From: Octopus sinensis
Taxonomy: Eukaryota
Direction: 5' to 3'
NCBI RefSeq assembly: GCF_006345805.1
Contig: NC_043000.1
Coordinates: forward strand, 120,838,001 to 120,902,000
Length of the DNA: 64,000 nucleotides
Within the stretch, counting starts at the first letter, position 1; each line of letters begins with the position of its first letter. The notes under the pieces were generated by a model. That model worked only from the letters and a program-made list of their open reading frames with translations, was not told the DNA's origin and made no database searches. Of the stretch, positions 27,529 through 41,702 are shown one piece after another. Position numbers and translations under genes: made by a program.

Positions 27529-27745
27529 TATACTTGTTTCAGTCTCTTGACTGTTGCTATACTCGCACACCGCCTTGAAGGTTGTTAGTCGAACGAATCG
27601 ACCCCAAAGCTTATTTTTTGCATCCTAGTACTTATTCTATCGGACTCTTTTGCCAAACTACTAGATTACAGTGATTCGGAGACAAACAGAGACACAAAGA
27701 TACGCACATATTGATATATACATATATATATATATATATACGGCG
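27529..27745 (-). mobile_element. SINE A 3' fragment
   Basis: TACTTGTTTCAGTC..CACCGCC..TAGTACTTATTCTATCGG. Confidence 0.7.
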
Positions 27746-27749
27746 GACC

Positions 27750-28150
27750 TCTTTTGGGCCCACCCGAGGAGAGAGTTATTGGTTGTAGAGACATATCCGT
27801 GTGTAAGAGGTTTATCCGGGATTTTTTTAAGGAATTTGTCCGAAGGCTTCTTGAACATTTTCGGGTCTGTTTCTACTTAATGTGTTTTAGTGTAATGTGA
27901 AAGAAAGCGGGGCGAAATGAGGTGAAATAATCGTGCCGTAGTCTTGTTCTATGATGCGAGTATGATTTATGTTGTGGACGGATAGCACAGGGTCCAAATG
28001 TTGGGTGTAACTTAAACGCGATATCAACATCATTTGGGCAATGCTGATGGAATATTTTACACATCATACAGATGATGTAGCGCTCACGGCAGCGTTAGAA
28101 GGAATAAAGCTTGAGCATTTCTAGTCAACACCAATAGTCAAGGCTTGTCA
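27750..28150 (-). pseudogene. Decayed 3' end of a CR1-like LINE ORF2
   Basis: Minus-strand translation with stops: LDYW.*LEMLKLYSF*RCRERYIIC..KI..FKK..DKFLKKIPDKP..NNSLL. This parallels the ORF at 50397-51050. Confidence 0.75.
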
Positions 28151-28155
28151 TAGCA

Positions 28156-28196
28156 CCAGAGACTAGTTTCTGAGTCATTGCTCGTTATCAGTCCGG
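28156..28196 (-). ncRNA. Minimal type I hammerhead ribozyme-like motif with one core mismatch
   Basis: Minus strand: CCGGA-CTGATAA-cGAGcaatgaCTCa-GAAAC-TA-GTC-TCTGG. Stem I pairs and stem III is the palindrome ACTAGT. Confidence 0.7.
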
Positions 28197-28352
28197 AGTA
28201 GCAAGGCTTGCTAGCTGGGTGGAGGTGCTTATCTCCCCATTTGTAAACATAACGACACAGGAAAGGTGTCAAGGCTGACGTTAAGCGGTGCCTCCTAGGG
28301 TTAAATAGCAGTAGTATTATAAATATCTCTGTGAGAAATCTATAATTTGTAT

Positions 28353-28408
<56 letters not shown>

Positions 28409-28499
28409 CGCACACATAAATATATATAAATATATGTAACACACACACAAAGACACATGTATATATAAACATTTTATATATATACACACAACACATATT

Positions 28500-28531
<32 letters not shown>

Positions 28532-29420
28532 ATATATATTATATATATATATATATATATATGTAATGTACATATAAATATATGCATATGTGTGTGTATT
28601 TGTAGGAGCGCGCGTGTTACCTGTGGTGTGTGTTTGTTTGTCTGTCTGTCTGACTGTGTGTATATACACGTATGTAAACCACTTTAAAATGCAGTATTGC
28701 CTTGAACTGATGATTACATTTTTTTTCATTCAATTTACACAACGGACGAAGACCAAGAATCTTCTAGAGATAAACGAATATCTTAGACGGCAAGAACTAC
28801 TTCAAGTATACTGTATGCCGGAATATATCTCACAAAAATTATTTACCATAAACAAATGAAGTAACAAGTGAAAGACAGAGAGAAACACAAAGAGGAAAAT
28901 AGAGAGTTGAAGAGTTACAACGAAATGTGAGATAGAATAAGAGGCAGACAAATGTACAACATTGAATATCAAAATTAAGGAAAGACGAAAGTAGGACGTA
29001 TGTAAATAAACGAAATAAATGGTAGAGAGTGAACAAGGTAGCCAAGCTTATAGCGTATTATCTTTTCTTTCTATTTGTATTTATACGCACTACCTGATAT
29101 GCCTGCATACATACGCACATACACTTACGTTTATCTAAACTTATGTTGAAATTTATGTATAAAAAGCATCTTATTATATCCATACTTATACATACATACA
29201 TACATACATAAATACATGCATACATACATACATACATACATACATACATACAACATACATATATATATATATGTATGTATATATATATAATATATTTCAA
29301 ATATATATGTCTATATATATATATATACATATATTAAATATATATCTATATATGTATACACTTTTATATATGATGGTATGTGTATATAGTATATTATATA
29401 TATATATGTATACATCTATA

Positions 29421-29504
<84 letters not shown>

Positions 29505-29685
29505 AGTGTGTGTATTGCGTTAGAGCGTCCACATAGTGGATTCTCTCTCATAGTTTTGTATTTATATGTATATATATATAATATATATAATATATATATA
29601 TATATATATTATTATACATATATATATTATGTATTATATGTGTGTGTGCGTATATATATGTGTGTATGTCTATATATTTGTATAT

Positions 29686-29742
<57 letters not shown>

Positions 29743-31040
29743 CATACACACACATATATATATGTGTATATACGTATGTATTTACGTATATGAGCGAAAA
29801 CAACCACTTATCGAAAGCATTCTGTCTTCAAATACACTGATTACATCAAGCAATCAACTGTTATTTCTCCATAACATTAGCAAAACTAATCTAAGTGAGG
29901 ATGTCTCTGGCTCCTAACGACGCAATTCCTTATAAGTGATGGATAATTATAATGAGCTACTATATTTTCGACATGATATCCGCGAAATTGTCTATCGATT
30001 GATACGAAATTTTGCACGAGAATTATTTATCTGATAACCTATGCTTAAAACTAGACTTTTAATCACTCAACTTTCATTCCGTTACTGCAATATACAAGTT
30101 CCTTATCGAAATTTCTAATGTTTTCGTTTATGAGGAAATATATCCGTTAATATTGGTTGTCAGTCCAACGTAATTTAAGTTTTCTTTACTGACATTATAA
30201 AGAAAATAAGATTTATATGTAATCCCTTTAATGATTTTTTAATATTTTGAATGCAATGAAATTTTTAAAAATCAGAAAAATAAAGAGCTTTTTGTCTGAT
30301 CTTCTTTCAAAACACTAAACAATATATAACTATTAGTGTTATAACGATATTCCATATAATTGTTCTATGACTGTGGAGCAATGTGTATCTTCTATTCCAT
30401 CAATTCTTTCGCTTGATTTACTAACTCTTATGTAAATAATTTCCTACGACGAGAGCATAAATTTTTCCTTCAACCTACTTAATCTAAGTCGTGGAGACCA
30501 CGTGATATCATAATTTTCTGCTACGTTTAAAAGTGCAGGCGGCAGAATCTATAGTCTGTAAATTAAGTCTGTAAATCAAGCTGCATAGGAAAACGTAAGG
30601 TGGCTTTGAAGTAAGAGAGCTGATCCACGGAATGAATTTGTTGCTGAAATGCAAGTAAGAGGACTAATTACATGAGTGAAGATTTCTGAATGACTTGTAT
30701 AAAACAGCTAATAGCTCCACGTTACGTCATTGAATGATGTGCGCTACCTCACTCAGGGACGTATCTCTTATAGTGGCCATTTTGTTAAGGTTCAGTCAAA
30801 ATCTGGCTGACACCATTTTAATTTTAATCTTTCGTCGTTTATATTATCAGTACCTGCCATACACTCGAATCCCTTTAAGAGATAATTCTTTCACATAAAA
30901 CTGATGTCTTTATGCCTTCGTAAGAAACCGTTATTCTCGTTATCTTTATATGGAAGAAAGGGAGAATTAGAATTATGTAGTATAAGATGCACTAGCGAAG
31001 TTATCTCTACTTTAAGATTACACTTTTTTACAAAGGAATC

Positions 31041-32369
31041 CACGACGGACATTCCAGAAAGTTTGAGAGTCACTTTGTAGGAGACGCTGTTATAACTGTC
31101 CTAAATTGTTATAATTTTAGTATTATAATTATATACATCTGATAAACCAACCAGCCAACGTGGTTTTATTCCCGACTGAAGGAGGAGGTTGCAACATCAC
31201 TTTGAACTCAGCGTACTAAATACTTCTTGTCACAGATGACTAGTTTGTAGAATGCAGTCGGGACGTGAATACCATTTGTAAGATCGCTATGCAATAAAGT
31301 TTTGTGTTAAACTGGGTGAAATCGATGCAGAAACTTATGAAACGCTGCAGACCACTTATGAATGAATTTGTAAGAGTCCAACATCTGTTTGTCGCTGACA
31401 CAAGAGATTTGTGGATGACACAGAACTCAGAGACGGTAAGAGGTGTGGGAAGGAAAAGGGTGGTCAGAACATCAGAGCTGGTTGAGAAAATTCGCAATTT
31501 TCCGGACGAAGACCGGCGTGTGTATATAAAGGCAATATGCATATAGTTTGGAGTTTGTTTGGAAATTGTACACAGAAACCTTCATGAAGATCTAAACACG
31601 CTCGAAATTTGTTCCCAGGGTGTTACGTAACGAACAGAAGAAAACGTGCATTGTTGACAGCAGGGATATAACTAAGCTCATTACCTCCAATACAAGAATA
31701 CCAGTGACGTAAGCTGGATCTAATTATATGGATCAGCAGAGACTAAGATACTGAGTGCTGAATTGAAGTATCCTGGCTCCCCCAGATCCAAGAAAGTCAG
31801 GCCAAGAAAAATCAATGGAACCTCTCGATAATCCCTTTCTTCTGATACCAAAGGAATCATCGACATCCACTCAGTTCCTTCTAGCCACCCGTATACAAAG
31901 AGTACATTGTGGATGTTTTGAGAGAAATCTGAAAATCATTTCGTCATAAAATATCAGAGCTTTTCCGCTCGGCTCGCTGGAACATGCACCGGAAAAATAT
32001 ACCAGTCTACAATTCCATCCTGGTAATCACCTACTTGACAGAAGAGGGCATCAGATCTGCCCTTCACCTTCCCGCGTCACAGTCCATACATTTGCTTCCT
32101 GTGAATTTTGGTTGTTCCCAAAGCTGAAGGGAATCTACAGGAACAGCTGTTTTGAGGAAGCTGACAAATGAAGGAGGTGTGCCTAGAGTCTTGGATACTT
32201 TCTCTCTTGAGAACTTATATGGGGTCATCACGAAAGTGTCTGGAGTGCTACAAGTGCATTGAAGTAAAATGGTCATCCTTTGAATAAGTTTAGAATTGTG
32301 TATGTCTTTGAAATTAATAAATATCCCTCCCGGAAAAATCTGAAAAAAAACTCTGGAATACACCTTGCA
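31041..32369 (+). mobile_element. Decayed mariner transposon (about 1.3 kb) with transposase pseudogene
   Basis: Frameshifted peptides DRYAIKFCVKLG..AETYETLQ, TSDVSWI (TGDETW-like) and a SPDLAPCDFWLFPKLK-like motif at about 32065-32128. Degenerate TIRs ATTCCAGAAAGTTT / AAACTCTGGAAT. Confidence 0.85.
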
Positions 32370-33123
32370 TTCTACGATATAAGTGATCCCTAAAATGGTA
32401 ATGACCGCTGTTACACACCTTTCTGAATTTAATTATTTACATCTAAGAGAATTATCATATTTTGGATATTCTTGGCATTGATGCTGATAGTTATGGCCGT
32501 TAGCAAACTACAAACCACTTTCATTACAGATCATAATTTAATCTTAAATGTTTGTAGGCATTGTAAAGACACCAACAGCGAATATTACACCATGTGTGTA
32601 CCGAACCTTTGTCCTTCAGTGCCCTATCTTTTGTCGATGAATTTAATAAGCAATTGCTGGCGAGTGTAAAGAGGAATGGATTAAGTGCATGTACACAATT
32701 AGAAATATTAGCCATTGATAAATTGACATTAACATGGAACAGGAATTCGTAAGTATTGGCGCATTACTATATTTCATGTATGACCTTTACCAGCTTTTAG
32801 TAATTAGATGCAATATGCATTGACATATGCAGCAAGCAGCGTTATGCACTTAAATGAACTCTGCGTAGCATTTATAGATATAATATAGGCATGTGTGTAC
32901 ATGCATACACATACATACACATATTTATACACAAATCATATAGGCATATACATACGCATATAAATATATTTCAAGTTTGGATTCTAAAGTGGTCAGAGAC
33001 AATATGTTATGCAAACTATGAGCTTGTTCCATTTTCCGTAACATCAATGATATAGGAATGTAATCTATTAAATTCTGCTTATATATATATTATATATATA
33101 TATATATATTGATATATAATATA

Positions 33124-33530
33124 CGCGTAGGGGTTGCTGTGTGGTAAGTAGCTTGCTTACCAGCCACATGGTTCGGGTTCAGTCCCACTGCGTGGCACCT
33201 TGGGTAAGTGTCTTTTACTATAGCCTCGGGCCGACCAAAACCTTGTGAGTGGATTTGGTAGACGGAAACTGAAAGAAGCCTGTCGCATATATGTATATAT
33301 ATGTATGTGTGTGTGTATATGTTTGTGTGTCTGTGTTTTCCCACCAACATCGTTTGACAATCGATGCTGGCGTGTTTACGTTTCCGTAACTTAGCGATTA
33401 GGCAAAAGAGACCGATAGAATAAGTACTAGGCTTACAAAGAATAAGTGCTGGGGTCGATTTGCTCGACTAAAGGCGGTGCTCCAGCATGGCCAAAGTCAA
33501 ATGACTGAAACAAGTAAAAGAGTAAAAGAG

Positions 33531-33531
<1 letters not shown>
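33124..33531 (+). mobile_element. SINE family A, full length
   Basis: Matches 5078-5488. Confidence 0.92.
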
Positions 33532-33591
<60 letters not shown>

Positions 33592-34678
33592 ATACTGAGA
33601 AGAATTATTGTGGTTTTGCATTTTTACTGAAGACGGCTTTACAAACATCAATAATAGATAGCTAACTTTCGACCTATATCTTAACGAACAATTTACATAT
33701 AAATGAATTGAGAGAGTTTATTACATTTGTGAAAGCTATGGAGATTTCATAGGGAAAGATTAAAAATTTAGTGAATACAATGAGTTTCATAACATCGCTA
33801 ATTAAAACTATGCTATATACTCTGAAAGTTTTTCTAGACTATATACAACGAAATTTCTTACTTGATTACTGTTATCGGGTGGCAGTATTTCAATATATGC
33901 GGATGTTTTCTCATTAATTATAAGCAGGATTATATGTAAAGAAATAATCAAATATATTCATCAATCTAGTCTGTAAGTAAGGTCCCTGAAAAACGATTAT
34001 TTTCTTGTGTGATTGCTATTTCAACAATAGCATATGGAAAGTTCCATTTTAATAATAGCACATAATAAAGGTTAATAAAATATAAAATATATTTTATTAC
34101 ATTATGCGCAGAAAAATATAATTAATAAAAATAATAAGTGGCTGGAATTATTTCCTCGTGATTATTGTAATTGATTCTATATCTGTATGTACTTTTATTT
34201 TTTTTAAATCAATCTTTATTCTATATCTTTATTAAAAATATAACTCTTCCTATACCATTGCTAAGATTTCAATCTCGTATAGAAATAATTTCATCAGAGG
34301 CTTTAGATATCCCTTTTATTAATTAACTTATTTACATATTTTTTTTCTAATATGGTTTTCTTAGAATAGATAATAACATACGATAATTTACTCATTATAT
34401 TCAAATCTTTTTTACACTATTTCCTGTGAAATATAATCATAGTATCTATTAGATATTACTGTTAATGATGTTATGAATTTGATTGTGTTCGCGATATGTG
34501 GAATCTCTGCCAATCTTATCTGGACACAGCTCGAAAGTTTAGTAAAAACTACGCTTAATTTTATAAACAATTGTCCGTTATAGAGAAGCAGTATATCTTA
34601 GTATTTTTACAGCTTGAATTGCCGTGTTCGGCTAAAACCCTCAGAGTAGTCATAGTTTTATGATTTATCTTTGGATTT

Positions 34679-34890
34679 TCATTTGTTTCAGTCACTAGAC
34701 CGCAGCTATGCTGGCGCACCGCCTTGTAGGGCTTTTAGTCGAATGGAGCGACCTTAGTAATTACCATTTTTGAAGCGTCGTACTTATTTTATCGGCCTAT
34801 TTTGTAGAACTACTAATTTACGGGGAGGTGAAGACATCAAGCTTTGGCGGGAAACAAACGGACAGAAATTTACACATTGACACACAAATA
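34679..34890 (-). mobile_element. Degenerate SINE A 3' half
   Basis: TTGTTTCAGTCA..ATGCTGGCGCACCGCC..TAGTCGAA. Confidence 0.65.
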
Positions 34891-34951
34891 TATACATAAT
34901 ACATACATACATACATATATACATAATATATATATATATATTTATATATAT

Positions 34952-34988
<37 letters not shown>

Positions 34989-35206
34989 CTATATATATAT
35001 ATATATATATATGTATAATATATGTATATATATATATGTGTATATATATATGTATATATATATGTTATAGATCAATAAATGGTGGGGTTGTGTTGACCGC
35101 ACGTGGAGAAATGATAAGCAAGGAAAAATTGTAAAAATGCAGAATGCTAGATTGAAAGAAAATTTTAATGAAATGAGAAATTGAAAAAATATATAAATAT
35201 ATATTT

Positions 35207-35246
35207 ATTCAAACCGGTTTTCGTCATAGTGTGACTTATCAAGAAT
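35207..35246 (-). ncRNA. Hammerhead-like motif in pLTR (variant core TTGATAA)
   Basis: Minus strand: ATTC-TTGATAA-GTCAcactaTGAC-GAAA-ACCGGT-TT-GAAT. Confidence 0.6.
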
Positions 35247-35911
35247 AGTTATGTAACAAAAGTTTTTTTTTAAATGAGAAAGGGGAAAAAAGAAAGTTGC
35301 ATTGTTTTTTGCAAAAGAATAATAATAAATATGTACAAAAATTAAAAAATAAGTACTCCGATACATTGTGAGTTCGTTGTGTATCTTGAGTTTAATGATT
35401 GTTCACGAAAAAGTTACCTTGAGGTATTAGGATCCGATGTGATCAAGACCATGTGTTGTTTGGTTTAATTAAGGATGTTGGCAAAAACAGGAAGTAGTAG
35501 TAATTGTGGTTCTTCAGTTGCTGTGTTGTGAATAAGGGGAGACAACTCTTTTGTTCTTCAATTTTTGTTTCACAAAATCCCCTGTAATAAAGGCTGCTAA
35601 TAAACCTCAAATTATAAATTATCATTTTAGCTTCATTTGTATTATCTTTTTTTATATAATTGTTCGTTACTTAACTTTCAGATTTTAACACTTTATTTAT
35701 ATTATTTTCTAATTATATAAAATTTGCATAGACCAATTTATAATTACATTTCAGATTGTTATATCATATATAATAAAAATGATGGTAATAACAACAATAG
35801 TAAAAATGATATTTAAAGAATATAAGTTTTAGCTTGAAGTGATGAATCTATGGTATCCTTATATTTGTGTGAGTCCATCCATGAAGAATGAGGTAGAAAA
35901 GGGAAGTTTGA

Positions 35912-36381
35912 TCAACGAGGAGTTTGTATATTAAGTTGTGTTTGGAATTTTTCAATAAAGAGATTCTCCTTGTTAATTCTCTCTTGTGTGGTGATCCCGG
36001 CTTTACATTGGTAGAAGGGGAATATATAGAATTTGGGGTTTAAGTCTTTAGCGCATGAGTCTAAGTGGTCACTCAGTGGAATTTGTCTGTATTCCGGGAG
36101 ATTTATTTGTTCTTTATGCACCGCTACTCGTTTACGTAACGGGAGACTCGTTTGTCCAACATAATTATGTTGGCAACCAGCGCATGTGAGAACGTAGATA
36201 AGGTTCTCGGAGGAACAGGAGAAGTTAGTCTTGATTTTAAACTTCGTACCTTGTTTGAAGGTAAATTGAGAGCCTTCAAGTAGGAGGGGGCAGGTACCAC
36301 AGTTTGGGCGTGCACATTTTTTTACTGCTGGGGGTGGATGTGGTGTGTGAAGTTTGGCATTTGTCAAGAGTTTTTTTTTTA
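35912..36381 (-). CDS. GIY-YIG endonuclease domain fragment of a Penelope-like element
   Basis: C..NCGTC linker, CSSENLIYVLTCAGCQHNYVGQT..LRKRVAVH, ERINKENLFI..LN. The ORF track's N-terminal part comes from the inverted duplication and flanking DNA. Confidence 0.88.
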
Positions 36382-36675
36382 CTACCAATGTAAAGACGGG
36401 ATCACCACACATGAGAGAATTAACAAGGAGAATCTCTTTATTGAAAAATTCCAAACACAACTTAATATAATGTTCGAAGGTTATAATGGACACAGTTTGT
36501 GTGTCAAATAGCTATCTTAAGGCGATGGCCTCATGGAGCTAATCAGCGACAGCTTTTAGTCTTATATCTATAAGACTGCCATATTAATATGGCGATAACA
36601 ATTAATTTCCAGTAACGCTGCCGTAATCTCTTTTAGAGAGACTTAGTAATTTTAATATTTCTATTACATATATAT

Positions 36676-36752
<77 letters not shown>

Positions 36753-36828
36753 TATATATTTTATATATATATATATATAATATATATATATATTATATAT
36801 ATATATATATATAAAAAGAGTATATATA

Positions 36829-37140
36829 TGGCTCAGTGGTTAGAGCGTCGAATTTACGATCGTGAGGTTGAGAGTTCGAATCCCAGACTGCGCAGCGTGT
36901 TGTGTGTTTTCTGCAAAACACATTATTTCACGTTGCTCCAGTTAACTCAGCTGTAGAAATGAGTTGCCAAGCTGTATTGGCTTTTGCCTTTCCCTTGGAT
37001 AACACTGGTGGTGTGGGGAGGGTAGGCCGGTATGAATGGGCGACTGCTGGTCTTCCATAAAACAAACTTGCCCGCACTTGTGCCTGGGAGAGTAACTTTC
37101 TAGGTGCAATCCCACGGTCAGTCATGACCGAAGGGGTCTC
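36829..37140 (+). mobile_element. Chimeric SINE: D-like head and core with tail type 2
   Basis: TGGCTCAGTGGTTAGAGC..GTTCGAATCCC, the TTTCACGTTGCTCCAG core of family D, then the 3' tail seen at 25520-25688. Confidence 0.82.
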
Positions 37141-37276
37141 AGCTCAGCATATATATATATATCACTTTAAGTACACAACCGAAGGAGCTACTAATATTTT
37201 CATGCTATTTATGAAACTTGAACAGACATATCTATAAAATATGGTATGTATTTTAAATCAATCTTTCAGGATATAT

Positions 37277-37660
<384 letters not shown>

Positions 37661-38372
37661 CACCTAGTTTGTCAAAAAACAAAATACGAAGGTTATAAAA
37701 TGGTGTGGAACACTTTCCGCTTTAGTTTATATTGTGAAATATAATTTGAAGTAAATACATGATTTAGAAAACTTGGGGAAACGCGTTTCTACTTGCAGGG
37801 GCAGCTTTTATCCAAGATTTCAACACCTGTCACACGACCACCAGCATGAGAAAAATATTTCTGTGCCTGGTATGTCACACAAACCATCCCGTCTCACAAA
37901 CTGCAACCAGACATTTTTGGTATTTACCAAGTTTTTCCAATTGCGAAATCATAGCCGCATACATTTACTCCAAGTCCAGATATGCTTCTGATCAACAGAC
38001 CAAAGATCCTGAAATATTCTTCGGCATTACCTTGAAGACAATGTGCCCTATAGACATCCCTTATATTATGGTCACAAAATACTGCACTCTTTGTCTTTTT
38101 TGACACGCACATACTCGGAACACGCACTTTCCCCCTCCCTCTCTCTCTCTTTCTCTCTGCCAGTGGGTAGATTAAAGTCGTCAGAAACACGTTTTATTGT
38201 ATTTCATTACGAAGATGGCAAACAAATTTGACTGTCAAATATCTCTTGATTGCATTCATTTCCAGCATCTCAAAACCATTGATACTACAATTAACAATCT
38301 TCTGAATCACTTTAAATTTCTCTTCTTCTTGAATGACATAAAGTTCAGCGATGCCTACTGGTAGCCTACATT

Positions 38373-38965
38373 TCTTATTTCTTTACTGCCAACAAGGGGC
38401 TACGTACAGAGGGAACAAACAAGGACAATAAATGGATTAAGTCGATTATATCGACCCCAGTGCGTAACTGGTGCTTAATTTATTGACCCTGAAAGGATGA
38501 AACGCAAAGTCGACCTCGGCGGAATTGGAACTCAGAACGTAGCGGCAGATGAAATACCTATTTCATTACTACCCACAAGCGGCAAAACACAGAGAGGACA
38601 AATAAGGACAGACAAACGGATTAAGTCGATTATATCGACCCCAGTGCGTAATTGGTACTTATTTAATCGACCCCGAAAGAATGAAAGGCAAAGTCGACTT
38701 CGGCGGAATTTGAACTCAGAACGTAGTAACAGACGAAATACCTATTTCTTTATTACCCACAAGGGGCTAAACACAGAGGGGACAAACAAGGACAGACATA
38801 GGTATTAAATCGATTACATCGACCCCAGTACGTAACTGGTACTTAATTTATCGATCCCGAAAGGATGAAAGGCAAAGTCGACCTCGGCGGAATTTGAACT
38901 CACAACGTAACGGCAGACGAAATACCGGTAAACATTTCGCCCGGCGTGATAACGTTTCTGCCAAC
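38373..38965 (-). mobile_element. Head-to-tail trimer of SINE B
   Basis: Units at about 38373-38558, 38559-38742 and 38743-38965. Only the last has the 5' head segment. Confidence 0.9.
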
Positions 38966-40611
38966 TGAAACACACACTCAAACTCACAGAGAAACACACA
39001 CAGACATACATACATTCACACGCAGTCAGATACACATTAATGTATTTCGAAAGATATATGTACTTTACTACGAGAGAGATCAAAGGCAGGAAGAGTTGTA
39101 ACAGCTTGTTATATTTAAGAAGACAGTAAATATCAAGTGTCTTTACACTGTTTCGCTGATAAAGCTCTATCTTATTGCGAATCATTGTAACCACCTGGTC
39201 TAAGCATATCTACCAATGCATACATATGTACATACATACATATATACATACATTCATACCTACCTACCTACCTACCTACCTACATACATACATACATACA
39301 TACATATATACATACATACATACATACATACATACATACATACATACATACATAGACACACATACATATACCACTTACGGCGAGGGATAGTTATATTAGC
39401 CTTTCAAAACCCATACATACGCGCTTAGTTTCGTTTGATCATTTATTAACTGGTGTCAAAATTTTCTTCGCATCATCTGCGACCTAGTCACCGAGTCAGT
39501 TCTACTACAAGAGGTTTTAAATATATAAATGTACTAGCTGAAGTACCCGATAATTCCATTAAAGCGGGGATTATCCCTTACCTCCGTTCTCATAATTGTT
39601 TCACTAATCCAATAACAACAAAACAAAGTGTGCAGACCTTAAAACGGGTTTTGTGCATTTACAGAGAATATCGAACTGTCTTACACAGGATCTTGTTTTT
39701 AGGAATTCCCTAGAAGTTATGAATACCTAAATTGTAAAGTCAGTTATGTAATAACATGAAATTAGTTACCCGATAGTAAGAATTCAAATAAAGTACCCCC
39801 GAAAAGGGATTGCATGCATTCTCAGTGTATATAGCGAAAATTGGAGGGAATGCTTATATGTTATGTATACTAAAATCATGAAGCATGTTACGTAATAACA
39901 GGCTAACAAGTTATGAGATGATAACAATTCAAAGTAAATAACTCTGAAAAGGGCTTTTGTGTGTTCGAGAGAATATTACCCTCACGGGCGCTAGTGTTGG
40001 TAATTCGTGAATAAGTCACTCTACCACCGACTGACAATCGGTGTTGGTGTGTATGCGCCCTGTTAGTAAGCGGTTCGGCAAAAGAGAATGAGAGAACAAA
40101 TATTATGCTTGAAATAAATATGTACTGGTGTCGACTTATTCGACTTAAATTTCTTCAGCATGGCCACATTCTAATGACTCAAACTGGTTAAAGAAAAAAG
40201 ATGTGAGTACGTATGTTTGTATGTATATGTGTGTCAGTGTGTGTGTATATGTGAGTGCGTGCATGACTTTGTTTCTGTTGTGTCCGCTACCACCGCTTCA
40301 CAACCGGTGTTAGTGATTTTACGTTCCGTAACTTAGCGGTTCAGTAGAGGAGGAAGTGGAGAAGAAGAAGAAGAAGAAGAAGAAGAAGAAGAAGAAGAAG
40401 AAGAAGAAAAAGACGAAGACGAAGAAGAAGAAGTAGGAGGAGAATGAGGAGGGGAAGGTGGAGAAGAAGAAACAGCAGCACGTGATTACAGCCGGAATGA
40501 TTGAAATACATAAAGAAAATCACAGCTGTATTTGAAACCCTGAATCCTATGTGTCACTGGTCAACAGCTTTATCTCAGACTAATCGTAGTAAAATTGTCA
40601 GTGACCTGTCA

Positions 40612-40788
40612 GGCGTAGGAGTGGGTGTGTGGAAAGTAGCTTGCTTACCAACCACATGGTTCCGGGTTCAATCCCACTGCATGGCACCTTGGGTAAGTGT
40701 CTTCTACTATAGCCTCGGGCCGACCAAAGCCTTGTGAGTGGATTTGGTAGACGGAAACTGAAAGAAGCCCGTCTTATATACGTATATG

Positions 40789-40831
<43 letters not shown>

Positions 40832-41007
40832 TATATGTAAAAGTAAAAAATATACAAACTGGGACAAGAACTGAAACGTTTAGAAGACGACACAAAAAAC
40901 ACGGACGGGACATTCGAAGCCCTCAATCATCAGTCAAGAACCGGATCATCTTCGCAATTTCGGCTGATATATATATAAAATATATATATATATATATATA
41001 TATACAT

Positions 41008-41068
<61 letters not shown>

Positions 41069-41302
41069 GTGTGTGTGTGTTTGTTTGTGTGTGCTTTTGT
41101 GTGTCTGTTTGGTCCCCCAACATCGCTGGACAACCGATGCTGGTGTGTTTACGTCCCTGTAACTTTGTTCCGCAAAAGTGACCGATAGAAAAAGTACCAG
41201 GCTTACAAAGAATAAGTCCTAGGGTCGATTTGCTCGACTAAAGACGGTTCTCCAGCATGGCCGCAGTCAAATGACTGAAACAAGAAAAAGAGTAAAAGAG
41301 AG
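40612..41302 (+). mobile_element. SINE A with an about 130-bp foreign insert (40837-40966) in its internal (TA)n
   Basis: Head 40612-40775, microsatellite, insert, microsatellite, tail 41095-41302. Confidence 0.85.
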
Positions 41303-41702
41303 AGAGACCAGGTCGCAGTTTCAGCGACGAAGATTTTAACACCAAATATGAAGTGATTAGGTGAAATCAGCAGAGTCTGTTTGGTTTACTTTAGAATAGT
41401 TTAAGTGCGTCTTCCATGTTGTTATTGCTTAGTTTGTAACACACGATCTAAAAAAAAAAGCACTTACTTAGGAAGACAATCCGCTGTTTATGCGAGTGGG
41501 ATGTGGTTACCTTTGTAATTTAGCTATCTTCCAACCATTTTGCGAATGTACTACATGTTCGCTCCAGCGAGGCAGTCTTTCTCTGCAATTAATAGTTTGG
41601 AAACATTTGTAGCTGGGTTGAACATACTTGAAAATACCATAGCTACAATAGCTACCATCAACCATCGTTATTTTTGCACAGTCACGAGATACTGAAGTCG
41701 GT

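Larger units (their letters stand above)
35070..36468 (-). mobile_element. Penelope-like element (Neptune-like) 3' fragment with 5' inversion
   Basis: GIY-YIG fragment, AT-rich UTR and hammerhead-like motif. 36413-36468 is an inverted copy of about 35927-35982. Confidence 0.8.

Noticed and set aside
37773-38190. Overlapping short ORFs in non-repetitive sequence
   Set aside because: No domain similarity and no consistent splice structure.
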